The notes under the pieces: model-generated
The model's database searches: none
Seen by the model: only the letters and a program-made list of their open reading frames with translations
What the model was told of the DNA's origin: nothing
Translations under genes and position numbers: made by a program
From: a virus
Length of the DNA: 64,000 nt
IMG/VR virus record: IMGVR_UViG_3300030441_000216
Reading direction: 5' to 3' (one strand)
Shown here: positions 18,905 to 27,264 of the stretch, one piece after another
How the letters are laid out: each line of letters opens with the position of its first letter
Numbering within the stretch: the first letter of the stretch is position 1

Positions 18905-19177
18905 ATGAAAATAACATTAGAAATGGTAACAGAATTTAACAATGAACTTGCATTAAAAGGTTGTCCTTTTAGATACGAATATGATGAATATGGTGCAAGC
19001 GGAAATTCGCAAATAAAGATTACGCTCCCAAGTATGAGCAGTGTTGATAGCTTTATAATTAACCCAACAAGAGATTTCTTTGATTGGATGGAATTATGGT
19101 TCAAGAACAAAGGAATTGAATTAAGCTGCAATGCAGACGGAAGTATTTTATGGAGCAAATCTGGTTGGAATAAGTAA
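18905..19177 (+). CDS. hypothetical protein
   Basis: SD GAAAGGAAAATAAAAT-ATG. Confidence 0.5.
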   Translation: MKITLEMVTEFNNELALKGCPFRYEYDEYGASGNSQIKITLPSMSSVDSFIINPTRDFFDWMELWFKNKGIELSCNADGSILWSKSGWNK

Positions 19178-19221
19178 AAAAAATCTAAATTTACAATTAG
19201 TTTGAAAGGAGTATTAAGATT

Positions 19222-19671
19222 GTGGGAAGGTTTTCAGAAGAAGAACAGAATATTATAAAATACTCATTGAAATTTTTACACAATAGAGACTTGTCTTTAT
19301 TTTACGATAAAGAATTCATTTCTACATTGGAAAATACTATGCGCAAATTTGAAATAGAATTCACTCCACAAGAAGAAATTGATAAAAAGAAAATAGAGAA
19401 ATATATAGTAATATATGAAGAAGAGAAAAAGGAAATTTTCTTAAACGAATCAGACAAACAGCTTTCATCGGATATTCTTGAGGACACGATTGCTAGAGTT
19501 ATAAAAAAGTATAACTTATCTTCAGCTAGTTTAAAAATACTGATGAATAAAAATACTTTTGATTGTCTATCTAAAATATTTACAACAATGCCTTATGTTA
19601 TGGGGTTATTTTATTATTCTGTTAATATAGATGAAAGTACAGGAAATGGAGAAATAAAAATAGCTAAGTAA
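19222..19671 (+). CDS. hypothetical protein
   Basis: GTG 19222 lies 8 nt after GAAAGGAGT. Confidence 0.55.
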   Translation: MGRFSEEEQNIIKYSLKFLHNRDLSLFYDKEFISTLENTMRKFEIEFTPQEEIDKKKIEKYIVIYEEEKKEIFLNESDKQLSSDILEDTIARVIKKYNLSSASLKILMNKNTFDCLSKIFTTMPYVMGLFYYSVNIDESTGNGEIKIAK

Positions 19672-19705
19672 ATTTAACTTTCCTTTGATGATTGGAGGTA
19701 GAAAA

Positions 19706-20152
19706 ATGGAAAATAAAAATTTAGATAGTTATGGATATTTATTAAATTGTCCAGATGAAATGCTTGGCGATGTGAATAAAACGATGAACGATAAACGAGC
19801 CATTATAAATTGGAATAATTTTAATGTAGGTGATGCTTTTTACACAGAAAATATTTACAGATGTGTAATGGTAGATCACGTAATGAAAAGAATTGTGTTT
19901 GTAACTGAAGAGGAATATAAAAATGAGTTTGAATTAAGATATAATAACAATAAACATAAAAAGCCAGATATGAGAGAAAAGATAAGAGAATATATTAATG
20001 AGCTTGATACAGAAATTAATAGGTGTGAAAATGAATTGCAAAAATATTATAAGAGTAATGGAGATATAGGTGTTATAAGTATGCAAAATAGAATTCAAGT
20101 TTTAATCGAAGTAAAGAATGATTTACTTGGAAGAATGGAAGAGGTGGTATAG
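19706..20152 (+). CDS. hypothetical protein, paralogue of 23148..23477 (family B)
   Basis: ATG 19706 follows ATTGGAGGTAGAAAA. It shares C-terminal motifs P.MREK..EYI.EL..EI.R.E and L.GR.EE.V with its paralogue. Confidence 0.6.
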   Translation: MENKNLDSYGYLLNCPDEMLGDVNKTMNDKRAIINWNNFNVGDAFYTENIYRCVMVDHVMKRIVFVTEEEYKNEFELRYNNNKHKKPDMREKIREYINELDTEINRCENELQKYYKSNGDIGVISMQNRIQVLIEVKNDLLGRMEEVV

Positions 20153-20340
20153 TGAAAGAATTTAGAAGTACTGATGAGATCACAAAAGAAGACCTTGAGA
20201 AAATGTATAACGCAATTGCTAAATTTGATAATTATATTTCATCAGCAACAAGAAAGCCAACAGATGAAAACATTGGATTATATGAACATTGGATTGATTG
20301 CAGGTATGATATAGAGAATTTAATTGTAACTGAGAGATAA
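20152..20340 (+). CDS. hypothetical small protein
   Basis: GTG 20152 follows GGAAGAGGTGGTATA and overlaps the upstream stop. Confidence 0.5.
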   Translation: MKEFRSTDEITKEDLEKMYNAIAKFDNYISSATRKPTDENIGLYEHWIDCRYDIENLIVTER

Positions 20341-20352
20341 GAGGTGAAGTAA

Positions 20353-20643
20353 ATGGAAAGACTTGATATTTATAAAACTAATGATGGGAAATCTTTAGTT
20401 CTTTTAAACAATGAAAATGATTCGAATGGATATATAAATTATTTACCAATTACAAATAATGCAAAAAATGGTATGAGTGTTAATACAAAATCTGGCAATC
20501 CTGTTATTATAGATATAGACAATGTATCTATAATTAAGTTGAACGAGTTAGAGTCGTGTATTGATCATGTAATAGAAAGTGATTTTGATTTTAAAATTAA
20601 GTGGTATATTGATGGTAGGCAAAGAGAAGAGGTAAAAGATTGA
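20353..20643 (+). CDS. hypothetical protein
   Basis: SD AAGAGGTGAAGTAA-ATG. Confidence 0.5.
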   Translation: MERLDIYKTNDGKSLVLLNNENDSNGYINYLPITNNAKNGMSVNTKSGNPVIIDIDNVSIIKLNELESCIDHVIESDFDFKIKWYIDGRQREEVKD

Positions 20644-20653
20644 GGTGAGTAAA

Positions 20654-20812
20654 ATGAAAGACAAACCAAATAAAATAAAGGCAAGATTAACAGTAGAAGT
20701 CGAAGCTGAATTTTATGATGACGAAAGTAGTGAAGAAACTGTTAGATATTGTGTTGAACAGGATTTAGAAGATGCAGGATTAAATGTTATTGATGTGTCT
20801 GTGATGGAATGA
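20654..20812 (+). CDS. hypothetical acidic 52-aa protein (not in ORF track)
   Basis: SD TTGAGGTGAGTAAA-ATG; open frame to TGA at 20810-20812. Confidence 0.4.
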   Translation: MKDKPNKIKARLTVEVEAEFYDDESSEETVRYCVEQDLEDAGLNVIDVSVME

Positions 20813-20822
20813 GGTGATACAA

Positions 20823-21002
20823 ATGGAATTTAAGAAAGGTGATAGAGTATTTCATAAGGGCTTAAGGGTTATAGGAACTTTTATGGAATATTCATGGAAT
20901 AGTGATGAAGAAGCTATTGTGAAATTTGATAATGCTGACAATCCTGATGATTGCAGACATATATCTGTAAATCAATTACAGAAATATCCAAGTAACGAAT
21001 AA
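20823..21002 (+). CDS. hypothetical small protein
   Basis: ATG 20823 follows TGAGGTGATACAA. Confidence 0.5.
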   Translation: MEFKKGDRVFHKGLRVIGTFMEYSWNSDEEAIVKFDNADNPDDCRHISVNQLQKYPSNE

Positions 21003-21041
21003 ATTGGTAAAAAATTGCGAGGTATAACAGTGGTAAAATAT

Positions 21042-21236
21042 ATGGAATGTTCTAAATGTGGTAAGTCATTACTTGAAAATTCAATTATTGTTGTACGAAC
21101 TGGGTTTACAGATAAATATTGTTCATATGGTTGTGCAGCAATTGATAGTGGACTTTTTGAAAATATAAAATTAACTGATGAAATTGTCCAAGAACACAAA
21201 TCTTGTGATGGAAGAGATTGGCTAATAGGAGATTGA
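21042..21236 (+). CDS. zinc-ribbon small protein (CSKCGK...CSYGC)
   Basis: ATG 21042 chosen. ORF-track 21015 is a TTG start with no SD. Confidence 0.45.
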   Translation: MECSKCGKSLLENSIIVVRTGFTDKYCSYGCAAIDSGLFENIKLTDEIVQEHKSCDGRDWLIGD

Positions 21237-21246
21237 GGTGATATAA

Positions 21247-21447
21247 ATGAGTCGAATTAATAAAACACAAAATAACTTGCAGTCAGTATGGAATAATTTG
21301 GATTTAGCTTATGAATATATGGAAAGAGCTATTGAGGATTTATCACAAATGACTGGATTATCTGATGAATTAGAGAAAATGGTTGAGCAGTATGATTTAT
21401 CGGAAATTAGTATGATAAAGCAGGAAGTTGAAGAATTGATGAAATGA
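21247..21447 (+). CDS. hypothetical small protein
   Basis: SD ATTGAGGTGATATAA-ATG. Confidence 0.5.
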   Translation: MSRINKTQNNLQSVWNNLDLAYEYMERAIEDLSQMTGLSDELEKMVEQYDLSEISMIKQEVEELMK

Positions 21448-21457
21448 GGTAATGTAG

Positions 21458-21721
21458 ATGGAAAATAAAAAAACATTAAAATATTTAAACGATATGAAGA
21501 ATAGTAAAATGCCACCATTTGATAGTCAATATGAATTTTTCTTTGCTACACTGGAAGATTATTATATTGCAAAATCAAATGGTGCAAAGATAATAAAAGA
21601 GGAGCTTATGGAATGGGATTCTGAAGCACAAAAAGAAATTGTTAATATATTGGCTGATATTATAGAATCTGATGAATTGATTGGCTTTGATAAAAATGAT
21701 ATTTTATCGTTAGCTGATTAA
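21458..21721 (+). CDS. hypothetical protein
   Basis: SD AAATGAGGTAATGTAG-ATG. Confidence 0.5.
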   Translation: MENKKTLKYLNDMKNSKMPPFDSQYEFFFATLEDYYIAKSNGAKIIKEELMEWDSEAQKEIVNILADIIESDELIGFDKNDILSLAD

Positions 21722-21788
21722 ATGACGATTTACTTGGCTTTTAAACAGAGAATAATACTATATAAAATTGAAATGGAGTGTGATGCAT

Positions 21789-21992
21789 ATGTCAAAGCTT
21801 ATATTACAAAGAAAAGACAGAAAACTCATAGATAATATTTTCGAGCATCCTGGAAATATTTTCAGTGTACACTTTGCAGGATATGAAGATACAGTTTGGT
21901 GTAAATCTATTTCAGAAATTTATATGGCATTAGAGCAATTTAAGAAAAATGGATTTGTGAAGACAGATGAAAATGCAGAGTTATTAGTATAG
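21789..21992 (+). CDS. hypothetical small protein
   Basis: ATG 21789 lies 7 nt after GGAGTG; ORF-track 21768 is a TTG start. Confidence 0.45.
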   Translation: MSKLILQRKDRKLIDNIFEHPGNIFSVHFAGYEDTVWCKSISEIYMALEQFKKNGFVKTDENAELLV

Positions 21993-22004
21993 AAAGTGAG
22001 AATT

Positions 22005-22313
22005 ATGAGAGAAGAATGTAAGGCATTAAAGCAATTACTATCTGAACTATATCCATCATCAAAATTCAGTATTCGATTCAAACGGGCGAGAAATTATATA
22101 GATACATCGGATATGATAATTGTAAGATGTCTATCAAGCATAGATACAGATGAACTTATAAAGCAAATCAAACATTATTCTTCTGGAATAGCAGTATTTA
22201 AAGATGGTTCTTGTAAATCTATATGGAATCGAAAAATTGAACCTAAAATTCTCATACCATCTACAAAAACTGTAATAGATTTAGATACAACAGAATTTAT
22301 AAAAATAATATAG
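22005..22313 (+). CDS. hypothetical protein, paralogue of 18557..18871 (family A)
   Basis: ATG 22005 follows GAAAGTGAGAATT; shares the motif of gene 18557. Confidence 0.55.
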   Translation: MREECKALKQLLSELYPSSKFSIRFKRARNYIDTSDMIIVRCLSSIDTDELIKQIKHYSSGIAVFKDGSCKSIWNRKIEPKILIPSTKTVIDLDTTEFIKII

Positions 22314-22330
22314 AAAAGAGGGGAAATATA

Positions 22331-22609
22331 ATGACAAAAAATCAGATAGAAAAATTCGCAGTAGGTTATCCTTATTATCCCACAGATTATGTTGAAGCAG
22401 TATTAAAAGTTTCAAATTTTGATACGGAGATAGCTGAAGAAATTTTAGATGATAAAGAGAAAACATTGGCAATTTGGCAAAATGGAACAATTATGATTGA
22501 TGGAATTACATCTTGTTGTGGTTATGATTTTGGAGAAGATGCATTCAGCAAAAAGATAAATATTGGTTATTGTCCGATTTGTGGAAGAAAAATTGTAATT
22601 AAAAAGTAA
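22331..22609 (+). CDS. hypothetical protein with C-terminal zinc ribbon (CCGYD...CPICGRK)
   Basis: SD AAGAGGGGAAATATA-ATG. Confidence 0.55.
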   Translation: MTKNQIEKFAVGYPYYPTDYVEAVLKVSNFDTEIAEEILDDKEKTLAIWQNGTIMIDGITSCCGYDFGEDAFSKKINIGYCPICGRKIVIKK

Positions 22610-22640
22610 TGAAAGAATTGATTCAAAAGGAGGCATAGTG

Positions 22641-22892
22641 ATGAATGCTTTTGATATAAATAAATATATAATTGAAGAAATGGAATCAGCAGAAGAAAAA
22701 GGAGAAGATGTCACCGTCAGATTATATTTATCAAACAGTGAAATTATAGAGATATGGTTTGATAAGGAAAATGATTATTATACATGGAGTAATGCTTCTT
22801 ATGGGTATGAAGATACACTTGCAATTATGAATGATATATTTGAATGGCTTCACGAAGAATCGTTATCTGTAATTAATATGGAAACGATTTAG
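22641..22892 (+). CDS. hypothetical acidic protein
   Basis: ATG 22641 follows AAAGGAGGCATAGTG. Confidence 0.55.
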   Translation: MNAFDINKYIIEEMESAEEKGEDVTVRLYLSNSEIIEIWFDKENDYYTWSNASYGYEDTLAIMNDIFEWLHEESLSVINMETI

Positions 22893-22902
22893 TATAATAG
22901 CT

Positions 22903-22937
22903 GCTAGTAGAAATGCTGGCAGTTATTTTTATTGTAA
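22903..22937 (+). terminator. intrinsic terminator
   Basis: CTGCTAG-loop-CTGGCAG hairpin (one G-U pair) followed by TTATTTTTATT. Confidence 0.55.
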
Positions 22938-22981
22938 GAGAGAATATTATAATATAAAATAAAAGAAAGGTTGTGATATGA

Positions 22982-23161
22982 ATGATAACAACAGGAATTG
23001 TAAGACGCTTTGACGACTTAGGGAGAATACATATTCCAAAAGAAATTAGAAAAAAGGTGTTTGGAAAATATAATGTAGAAGGTACACCTATGGAAATTTT
23101 TTATGATAAGGATGGAAATATTATTATAAAACTATACAAGGAGAGCAATGTCAATGAGTAA
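22982..23161 (+). CDS. AbrB/MazE/SpoVT-family DNA-binding protein (59 aa, not in ORF track)
   Basis: N-terminus MITTGIVRRFDDLGRIHIPKEIRKK matches the swapped-hairpin AbrB/MazE signature (GIVRK.D.LGR..IP.E.R). ATG 22982 follows AAAGAAAGGTTGTGAT. Confidence 0.6.
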   Translation: MITTGIVRRFDDLGRIHIPKEIRKKVFGKYNVEGTPMEIFYDKDGNIIIKLYKESNVNE

Positions 23162-23477
23162 ATTAGTACAGAAAGTCAAATGGAATTTAGATGGTTCTAA
23201 TATAGAAATGTATATATATGGCGAAGCTGATTTTGAGGCAAACAAAGCAATGCAAGAACCATTAGAAAAGCTGTATCAGTATGAGAATCAGCCTAATATG
23301 AGAGAAAAGGTTGTTGAATATATTGGTGAGCTTAAAATGGAAATAAAGAGAGTAGAGCAATACATTGTTGATAACGAAAAGGAAGCAGAAACAACAAATA
23401 ATATGTTACTTGCACGTTGTCAGACTTTACAAGAAGTTATCAATGATTTAAAAGGTAGATTGGAGGAAAGAGTATGA
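23148..23477 (+). CDS. hypothetical protein, paralogue of 19706..20152 (family B)
   Basis: ORF-track ORF. Its start overlaps the end of the AbrB-like gene, and it shares the C-terminal motifs of gene 19706. Confidence 0.55.
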   Translation: MSMSKLVQKVKWNLDGSNIEMYIYGEADFEANKAMQEPLEKLYQYENQPNMREKVVEYIGELKMEIKRVEQYIVDNEKEAETTNNMLLARCQTLQEVINDLKGRLEERV

Positions 23478-23707
23478 TTGAAGCAAAGAGAATGATTATA
23501 AAGCATTTAAGAGAAGTTACGTTTTGTATGGTTGAAGAATCGAATGAAGAAACAGATTGTACAAAAAATAGATTTGGTAATAGGACAATGGATGAACTTA
23601 ACAATATAAAATTTGATAAGGTTAGGTTATCGCAAATTAGTGATGATATTCCAAAAGTAAGAGAACAGTTTTATGGTAAAAATTTGTGGTTATTATTAGA
23701 TGAATGA
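23474..23707 (+). CDS. hypothetical protein
   Basis: SD TTGGAGGAAAGAGT-ATG; overlaps the upstream stop. Confidence 0.5.
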   Translation: MIEAKRMIIKHLREVTFCMVEESNEETDCTKNRFGNRTMDELNNIKFDKVRLSQISDDIPKVREQFYGKNLWLLLDE

Positions 23708-23732
23708 GTTATTTCAAATGGGAGGTGTAATT

Positions 23733-23954
23733 ATGGAAAGAGTATATCCTTCAGATTTTAACATGTCGGAAAATAAATCACAAGAATCCTTTGTTAGAGT
23801 GAGCGAAATAAATGATATGATTGCATATGGTGTATTCAAATTAGATAGAAATAAATTAAAAGAATATAAGTTTGATACAACAGTAATATACAATAAGGAA
23901 AGATATACGAGAGAGGAAGCAATGAATTTGTTCGGAAGTTTGGTTGGATTATAA
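23733..23954 (+). CDS. hypothetical protein
   Basis: ATG 23733 follows ATGGGAGGTGTAATT. Confidence 0.5.
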   Translation: MERVYPSDFNMSENKSQESFVRVSEINDMIAYGVFKLDRNKLKEYKFDTTVIYNKERYTREEAMNLFGSLVGL

Positions 23955-24177
23955 ACCCAAAGAAAAATTGCTTTCAATAGCAGAACGGAGGATGATAAAA
24001 ATGGAAAGACAGCACACTGTAGAAGTGACAATAACGGTTGATGACAAAGATTTGTTTCATTAACAAACAGTTGATGAATTAGTTTTTGGATAGTTTAGAA
24101 GAAGCTCCTTTCCAAGTTGATACTATAGTGGTAAAATAAAGACAGTTGAAGATTGTTTTCAAGAGGAAAGTAATTAT

Positions 24178-24792
24178 ATGGAAATAAATATAGGTGATAA
24201 ATTTGGTGATTGGACTGTGCTAGCTTTGTCAGATAAAACAGATTCGTCACACAATAAGTATTACACATGTCAATGTGTGTGTGGGACAATTAGAGCAATT
24301 AACAAAGGAAAATTAATTTCAGGAAAGTCTAAGTCTTGTGGTTGTAAAAGAAAATTAGATATGACTAGGAAAATCGTAAAAGATTTATTGTTTTTAGAGC
24401 CTTTTGGCTATGAAAATGGAAAAGTTATATGGAAATGTAAATGTCTAAAATGTGGAAGAATGTGCTACAGAACGGTATCTGAGGCAAAAAAGGTTGGTAC
24501 TTGTGGAAATCATAGAGATGGGAAAACATTAAATGAAAATAGAAAAAAGCGTACACAGGTCGATGGAACGATTGTACAAACTTTAACTCAAAAAGTTTCA
24601 AAAAATAATACTTCAGGTATAAAAGGAGTTTCTTTTGACAAAACCAGAAAATTGTGGGTTGCACAAATTGGATTTCAAGGAAAGAATTATAGTCTCGGTA
24701 AATTTAAAAAAATTGAAGATGCAGAAAAAGCTAGAAAAGATGCAGAAGATAGATTTTTTAAACCGATTATAGATAAGTATAAAAAAGACTGA
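24178..24792 (+). CDS. AP2-domain DNA-binding protein with two N-terminal Cys4 zinc-ribbon motifs
   Basis: GIKGVSFDKTRKLWVAQIGFQGKNYSLGKFKKIEDAEKARKDAEDRF matches the AP2 fold (YRGV...W.A.I...G....LG.F...EEAA.AY). Repeated W.C.C.CG....SCGC motifs. No HNH motif seen. Confidence 0.7.
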   Translation: MEINIGDKFGDWTVLALSDKTDSSHNKYYTCQCVCGTIRAINKGKLISGKSKSCGCKRKLDMTRKIVKDLLFLEPFGYENGKVIWKCKCLKCGRMCYRTVSEAKKVGTCGNHRDGKTLNENRKKRTQVDGTIVQTLTQKVSKNNTSGIKGVSFDKTRKLWVAQIGFQGKNYSLGKFKKIEDAEKARKDAEDRFFKPIIDKYKKD

Positions 24793-24809
24793 TTTGAAAG
24801 GAAGGAAAA

Positions 24810-25142
24810 ATGCCAAGAATTAGAGATTGTGTTATTTGTGGTAAGAGGTTTACAAGTTACCATGGAATAAATGTATGTAGTGAACAATGTAAAATAGAAA
24901 AAAAGAAACGACAAGATGAAAATTCGAATAAAAGAAGATATAGTAAGGAATCGAATACACCAATAATTAAAATCTGTCCTATTTGTGGGGAAAAGTTTGA
25001 AACACTTAGAAGAACATATTGTTCAGAAGAGTGTTCTGAGAAAGCACATAAAATACATGTAAAGGAAATTTCAGATCAATACTATAAAGATCATAGAGAA
25101 GAAATAATTGATAAAGTAAAAGAAAGAAATAATAAATATTAA
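24810..25142 (+). CDS. zinc-ribbon protein (4 CxxC pairs)
   Basis: CVICGK...CSEQC...CPICGEK...CSEEC; SD AAAGGAAGGAAAA-ATG. Confidence 0.55.
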   Translation: MPRIRDCVICGKRFTSYHGINVCSEQCKIEKKKRQDENSNKRRYSKESNTPIIKICPICGEKFETLRRTYCSEECSEKAHKIHVKEISDQYYKDHREEIIDKVKERNNKY

Positions 25143-25149
25143 TTATAAG

Positions 25150-25179
25150 GAAGCAGAAATTGTCTGCTTCTTTTTTTTG
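25150..25179 (+). terminator. intrinsic terminator
   Basis: GAAGCAGA-AATTG-TCTGCTTC followed by TTTTTTTTG. Confidence 0.7.
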
Positions 25180-25205
25180 TTACAAAAAAATGAGGTGAAT
25201 AATGT

Positions 25206-25487
25206 TTGAGTAGATATAAGAACGGAAATCCAAAACATGCAAGTCGATTCATATGTTTAAAATGTATGCAAGAAAATATGTTAGCAAGAGGAATTCAGCG
25301 TAAGAAACAACGTGAGAAATTTCATATTAAAGATCTTACTTGTATATTATGCGGTGGAATTGAAACTAAAAATATGGAAGTAAGGTATTGTGATGATTAT
25401 AAAGAGATTTATACAAAAGCATTAGAGAAAAGAGAGAATTATTATACAGGAGATTTTAGAAAGGTGGTTGATAATTATGTGTTATAA
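25206..25487 (+). CDS. zinc-ribbon protein (CLKC...CILCGG)
   Basis: TTG 25206 lies 7 nt after GAGGTGA. It overlaps the integrase start by 11 nt. Confidence 0.45.
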   Translation: MSRYKNGNPKHASRFICLKCMQENMLARGIQRKKQREKFHIKDLTCILCGGIETKNMEVRYCDDYKEIYTKALEKRENYYTGDFRKVVDNYVL

Positions 25488-26457
25488 AATAGAAGTCCAA
25501 AATAAAAATGCAGAGAAGCTTAACAGGAAGTTGGATGAGTTGAATCTTCCTATATATACGAGAAAATATTTCACTGTTAAAATTGAAAGCAAAGCAGGTG
25601 CATTAAATTATCTTGGAGTTATTGTAGATTTGCTCAATTGGTTTATTGAAGAGAAACTTATTAATAAAACAAATATTTCAGATATTGAGCCATCGGATTT
25701 TACAGATATCATGGCAGAAGATATTACATTATATTTAAAGACAAAAGAACAAAATGGAATGTCGCCAACTACATTAGAAACAAGGAAACATATTATAAGT
25801 AGCTTTTGGGATTATATGAGTAGAGTAAAGGGAACTGAAATTAAAGATGGATTCTTTAAAGATGTAACCTATAAGGGAATTCCATCTGGAAATAATTTAA
25901 CAAAAAAACTTCCAACAGAAAAGCAGCTTAATGATATGGAAGAGAAAATAATGTGGAAAAAGGATGAATGTGTAAGAAATAGGAATATTGCTATCTTTCG
26001 AGTGTTAAGAGGAACTGGAATAAGAGAATCTGAACTTGCAGGTTTAGATTTGTCTAATTTGCATTTAAAAGAAGAAATGCCATACATTACTATTCTTGGC
26101 AAAGGTGTGTACAGAGAACTGCAAAATAGAACAGTATATCTTAGTGGATCTGCTTTAAAAGCATTAAGAGAATGGTTAGAATACAGAAGTACATTGAATA
26201 ATGTTGTAGACAAAGAAGCTGTGTTTATAAATAAAAACGGTACACGTACAACAGAAAGAAATATTAAACAGATATTTGAAAATTATGGCAATGGCATCAC
26301 TCCACATATGATGCGACATTATTATGCCAGTATAATGAACAGAAATGGAAATCTTGCATTTGTACAGCAACAGCTTGGACATAGTAGTGTAAATACGACA
26401 GTTAATAATTATGCAAACGGAGCAGTGGGAATGAAAGATATATTAGACAATATGTGA
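25477..26457 (+). CDS. int: tyrosine site-specific recombinase / phage integrase
   Basis: C-terminal catalytic signature HMMRHYYASIM...LGHSSVNTTVNNYAN (R-H-R-Y family). ATG 25477 follows AAAGGTGGTTGATAATT. Confidence 0.9.
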   Translation: MCYKIEVQNKNAEKLNRKLDELNLPIYTRKYFTVKIESKAGALNYLGVIVDLLNWFIEEKLINKTNISDIEPSDFTDIMAEDITLYLKTKEQNGMSPTTLETRKHIISSFWDYMSRVKGTEIKDGFFKDVTYKGIPSGNNLTKKLPTEKQLNDMEEKIMWKKDECVRNRNIAIFRVLRGTGIRESELAGLDLSNLHLKEEMPYITILGKGVYRELQNRTVYLSGSALKALREWLEYRSTLNNVVDKEAVFINKNGTRTTERNIKQIFENYGNGITPHMMRHYYASIMNRNGNLAFVQQQLGHSSVNTTVNNYANGAVGMKDILDNM

Positions 26458-26463
26458 TATGTA

Positions 26464-26495
26464 AAGGACGATACAGATTAATTTGTGTCGTCCTT
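26464..26495. terminator. bidirectional hairpin between convergent int and repressor genes
   Basis: AAGGACGA-16 nt-TCGTCCTT, 8-bp perfect stem. It overlaps the repressor stop codon. Confidence 0.5.
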
Positions 26496-26748
26496 ATTCT
26501 TACTTGCTTTATTAATTTCAGTTGCATAGGTTAGTAATCGCTTCATTTGATAGTCATCAGTATCTAATATTTCGAGTGGCGAACAATTAAGTTCTTTACA
26601 AATTGCCTCTAAAATATCAAATTTAATTGAAGTTGATTCACCTTTGTAGATTTTGTCAATTGTTGGATATGTTACGCCTATTTTTTTAGCCAGTTCGTAA
26701 CGTGTCATATTTTTTTCTTTTAATTTGTTTTGAATAGATAATTTCATG
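26478..26748 (-). CDS. XRE-family helix-turn-helix transcriptional repressor (CI/Cro-like)
   Basis: MKLSIQNKLKEKNMTRYELAKKIGVTYPTIDKIYKGES matches the XRE HTH. Start ATG (- strand) at 26748 preceded by AGGAGGATTACATTC. The longer ORF-track form (26478..27095) has a spurious hydrophobic extension. Confidence 0.8.
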
Positions 26749-26823
26749 AATGTAATCCTCCTATATACATAGAGTACCATATATAAAAGAAAAAATAAAT
26801 ATAAAAAATAATTGTAATAATAC

Positions 26824-26852
26824 TTGACAATATATATAGTGAAGTATATAAT
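26824..26852 (+). promoter_or_regulatory. sigma70-type promoter (TTGACA-17-TATAAT) with embedded palindromic box
   Basis: TTGACA 26824-29, 17-nt spacer ATATATATAGTGAAGTA, TATAAT 26847-52. It sits 44 nt upstream of the mazF-like GTG start and is divergent from the repressor. Confidence 0.65.
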
Positions 26853-26895
26853 ACAAAATATCAAAGGAACAAACAGAGAAAGGAGGGCTAACATA

Positions 26896-27246
26896 GTGGA
26901 AATTAAACGTGGTGAAATATATTTCGCTGATATAACTAAATATGATTCTAAAGGTTCAGAACAGAGTGGTAGAAGACCAGTACTGATATTGCAGAATGAT
27001 ATTGGCAATAAGTTTAGCCCTACCACTATAATTGCCATCATAACAACAAAATCTAAAAGGGAATTGCCAACACATGTAGAAATACATAAGAACAAGCTTA
27101 ATGGGTTGAAATATGATTCTGTTGTGGCATTAGAGCAGATTTCGACAATTGATAAAGATAGGATTCAATTTAAAATTGGTGAATTATCTGCTGAAGATAA
27201 TTTAAAGGTTATGGAAGCAATGAAAATTAGTTTGGCTATGATATAA
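26896..27246 (+). CDS. mazF: MazF/PemK/EndoA-family endoribonuclease toxin
   Basis: VEIKRGEIYFADIT...GSEQSGRRPVLILQNDIGNKFSPTTIIAIITTK...LPTHVEI...LEQISTIDKDRI is close to Bacillus EndoA/NdoA. GTG 26896 follows AAAGGAGGGCTAACATA. No antitoxin gene lies immediately upstream. Confidence 0.85.
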   Translation: MEIKRGEIYFADITKYDSKGSEQSGRRPVLILQNDIGNKFSPTTIIAIITTKSKRELPTHVEIHKNKLNGLKYDSVVALEQISTIDKDRIQFKIGELSAEDNLKVMEAMKISLAMI

Positions 27247-27264
27247 GAGTGAGGAGAGAACATT

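Noticed and set aside
24001-24063. 20-codon ORF after GGAGGATGATAAAA-ATG
   Set aside because: It is too short, and there is no supporting conservation or context.
1661-24914. Numerous 60-150-aa minus-strand ORFs in the left half (e.g. 1661..1918, 3157..3564, 4397..4846, 9033..9341, 14001..14267, 15871..16251, 18787..19158, 24425..24914)
   Set aside because: All overlap well-supported plus-strand genes. They lack SD sequences and have Phe/Leu/Ile-rich low-complexity translations typical of antisense reads of AT-rich coding DNA.
26478-27095. 205-aa minus-strand ORF from the track
   Set aside because: Only the C-terminal 89 codons (the XRE HTH, starting at ATG 26748 with its own AGGAGG) look genuine. 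The N-terminal 116 codons are a hydrophobic low-complexity read-through of the AT-rich promoter region and overlap the mazF-like gene on the other strand.
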